Both the position numbers and the translations under genes were made by a program. A DNA stretch of 64,000 nt from Podarcis pityusensis (Eukaryota): NCBI GenBank assembly GCA_964106645.2, contig OZ067043.1; one strand, 5' to 3'. The notes beneath the pieces were generated by a model. That model saw only the letters and a program-made list of their open reading frames with translations. It was not told the DNA's origin and did no database searches. Numbering within the stretch: position 1 is the stretch's first letter; every line of letters starts with the position of its first letter. Shown here piece after piece: positions 63,513 to 64,000 of the stretch.

Positions 63513-64000
63513 CAACAACAAGCGATAAAATCTTAGAATTGTTTTTCTGAAACACTGAAAGAAAGAGGATGGAAAGTACTGAGAAAGAGCCACTGATTCT
63601 TATTCCAACAATGAATTGGAACTGTAAAAAACCCCACGTTTGCTCCTTGTACTAAAATGCCCATTAAAGAGAAACACAAGATAGAGAGCTCCCTCAAGTG
63701 CAGAAGATATATTTTCAGAAATATATCATTTAATTTTCCTGTTATTATCTGGAATAAAAAGATTAATACCTGATAACCTGCCACATATTTTTGCAACTTA
63801 TTTGATACTAGTCTGGCCTTTGACTTTTAAAAAATCTGGATCTGAACCAGTATGATTCCTGAAAACTCACACACTCATCTATCATAAGCAAAACAGCTGT
63901 TTATCCTTTGCACAATAATGACATATTAGTTAGCTTCCCTCCAGTGCACTCTTAGAATATAACTGAACTTTGCTGAGGAATACATCTGAGGTATGCTGCA

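Noticed and set aside
1-64000. CRISPR arrays, operons, or intact transposase, RT or viral genes
   Set aside because: Eukaryotic non-coding DNA. No regularly spaced repeat-spacer array and no long intact ORF.

Overview
Vertebrate nuclear DNA, most likely from a squamate (probably lacertid) lizard. That assignment rests on the repeat content recalled from known squamate families: Squam3-type tRNA SINEs (one with a (CTT)n tail), a tRNA-Lys/CR1-tail SINE, CR1 and L2 LINE fragments, Tigger-, Tc2-, hAT- and PIF-like MITEs, and Penelope remnants. I recognise no host-gene coding exon. The only recognisable peptides in the ORF track are broken L2 and CR1 ORF2 fragments. The window looks like a long intron or regulatory intergenic region, with several repeat-free, motif-dense blocks that may be enhancers and two assembly gaps. 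The best leads are a candidate minus-strand promoter and micro first exon (about 22.3-22.75 kb), a 105-nt hairpin at 50300-50404, two copies of a 5S-rRNA-derived SINE, decayed Penelope hammerhead cores, and a nested CR1/SINE/MITE stack. I cannot support a claim of a new biological system from sequence alone. Family names are from memory, not database searches.
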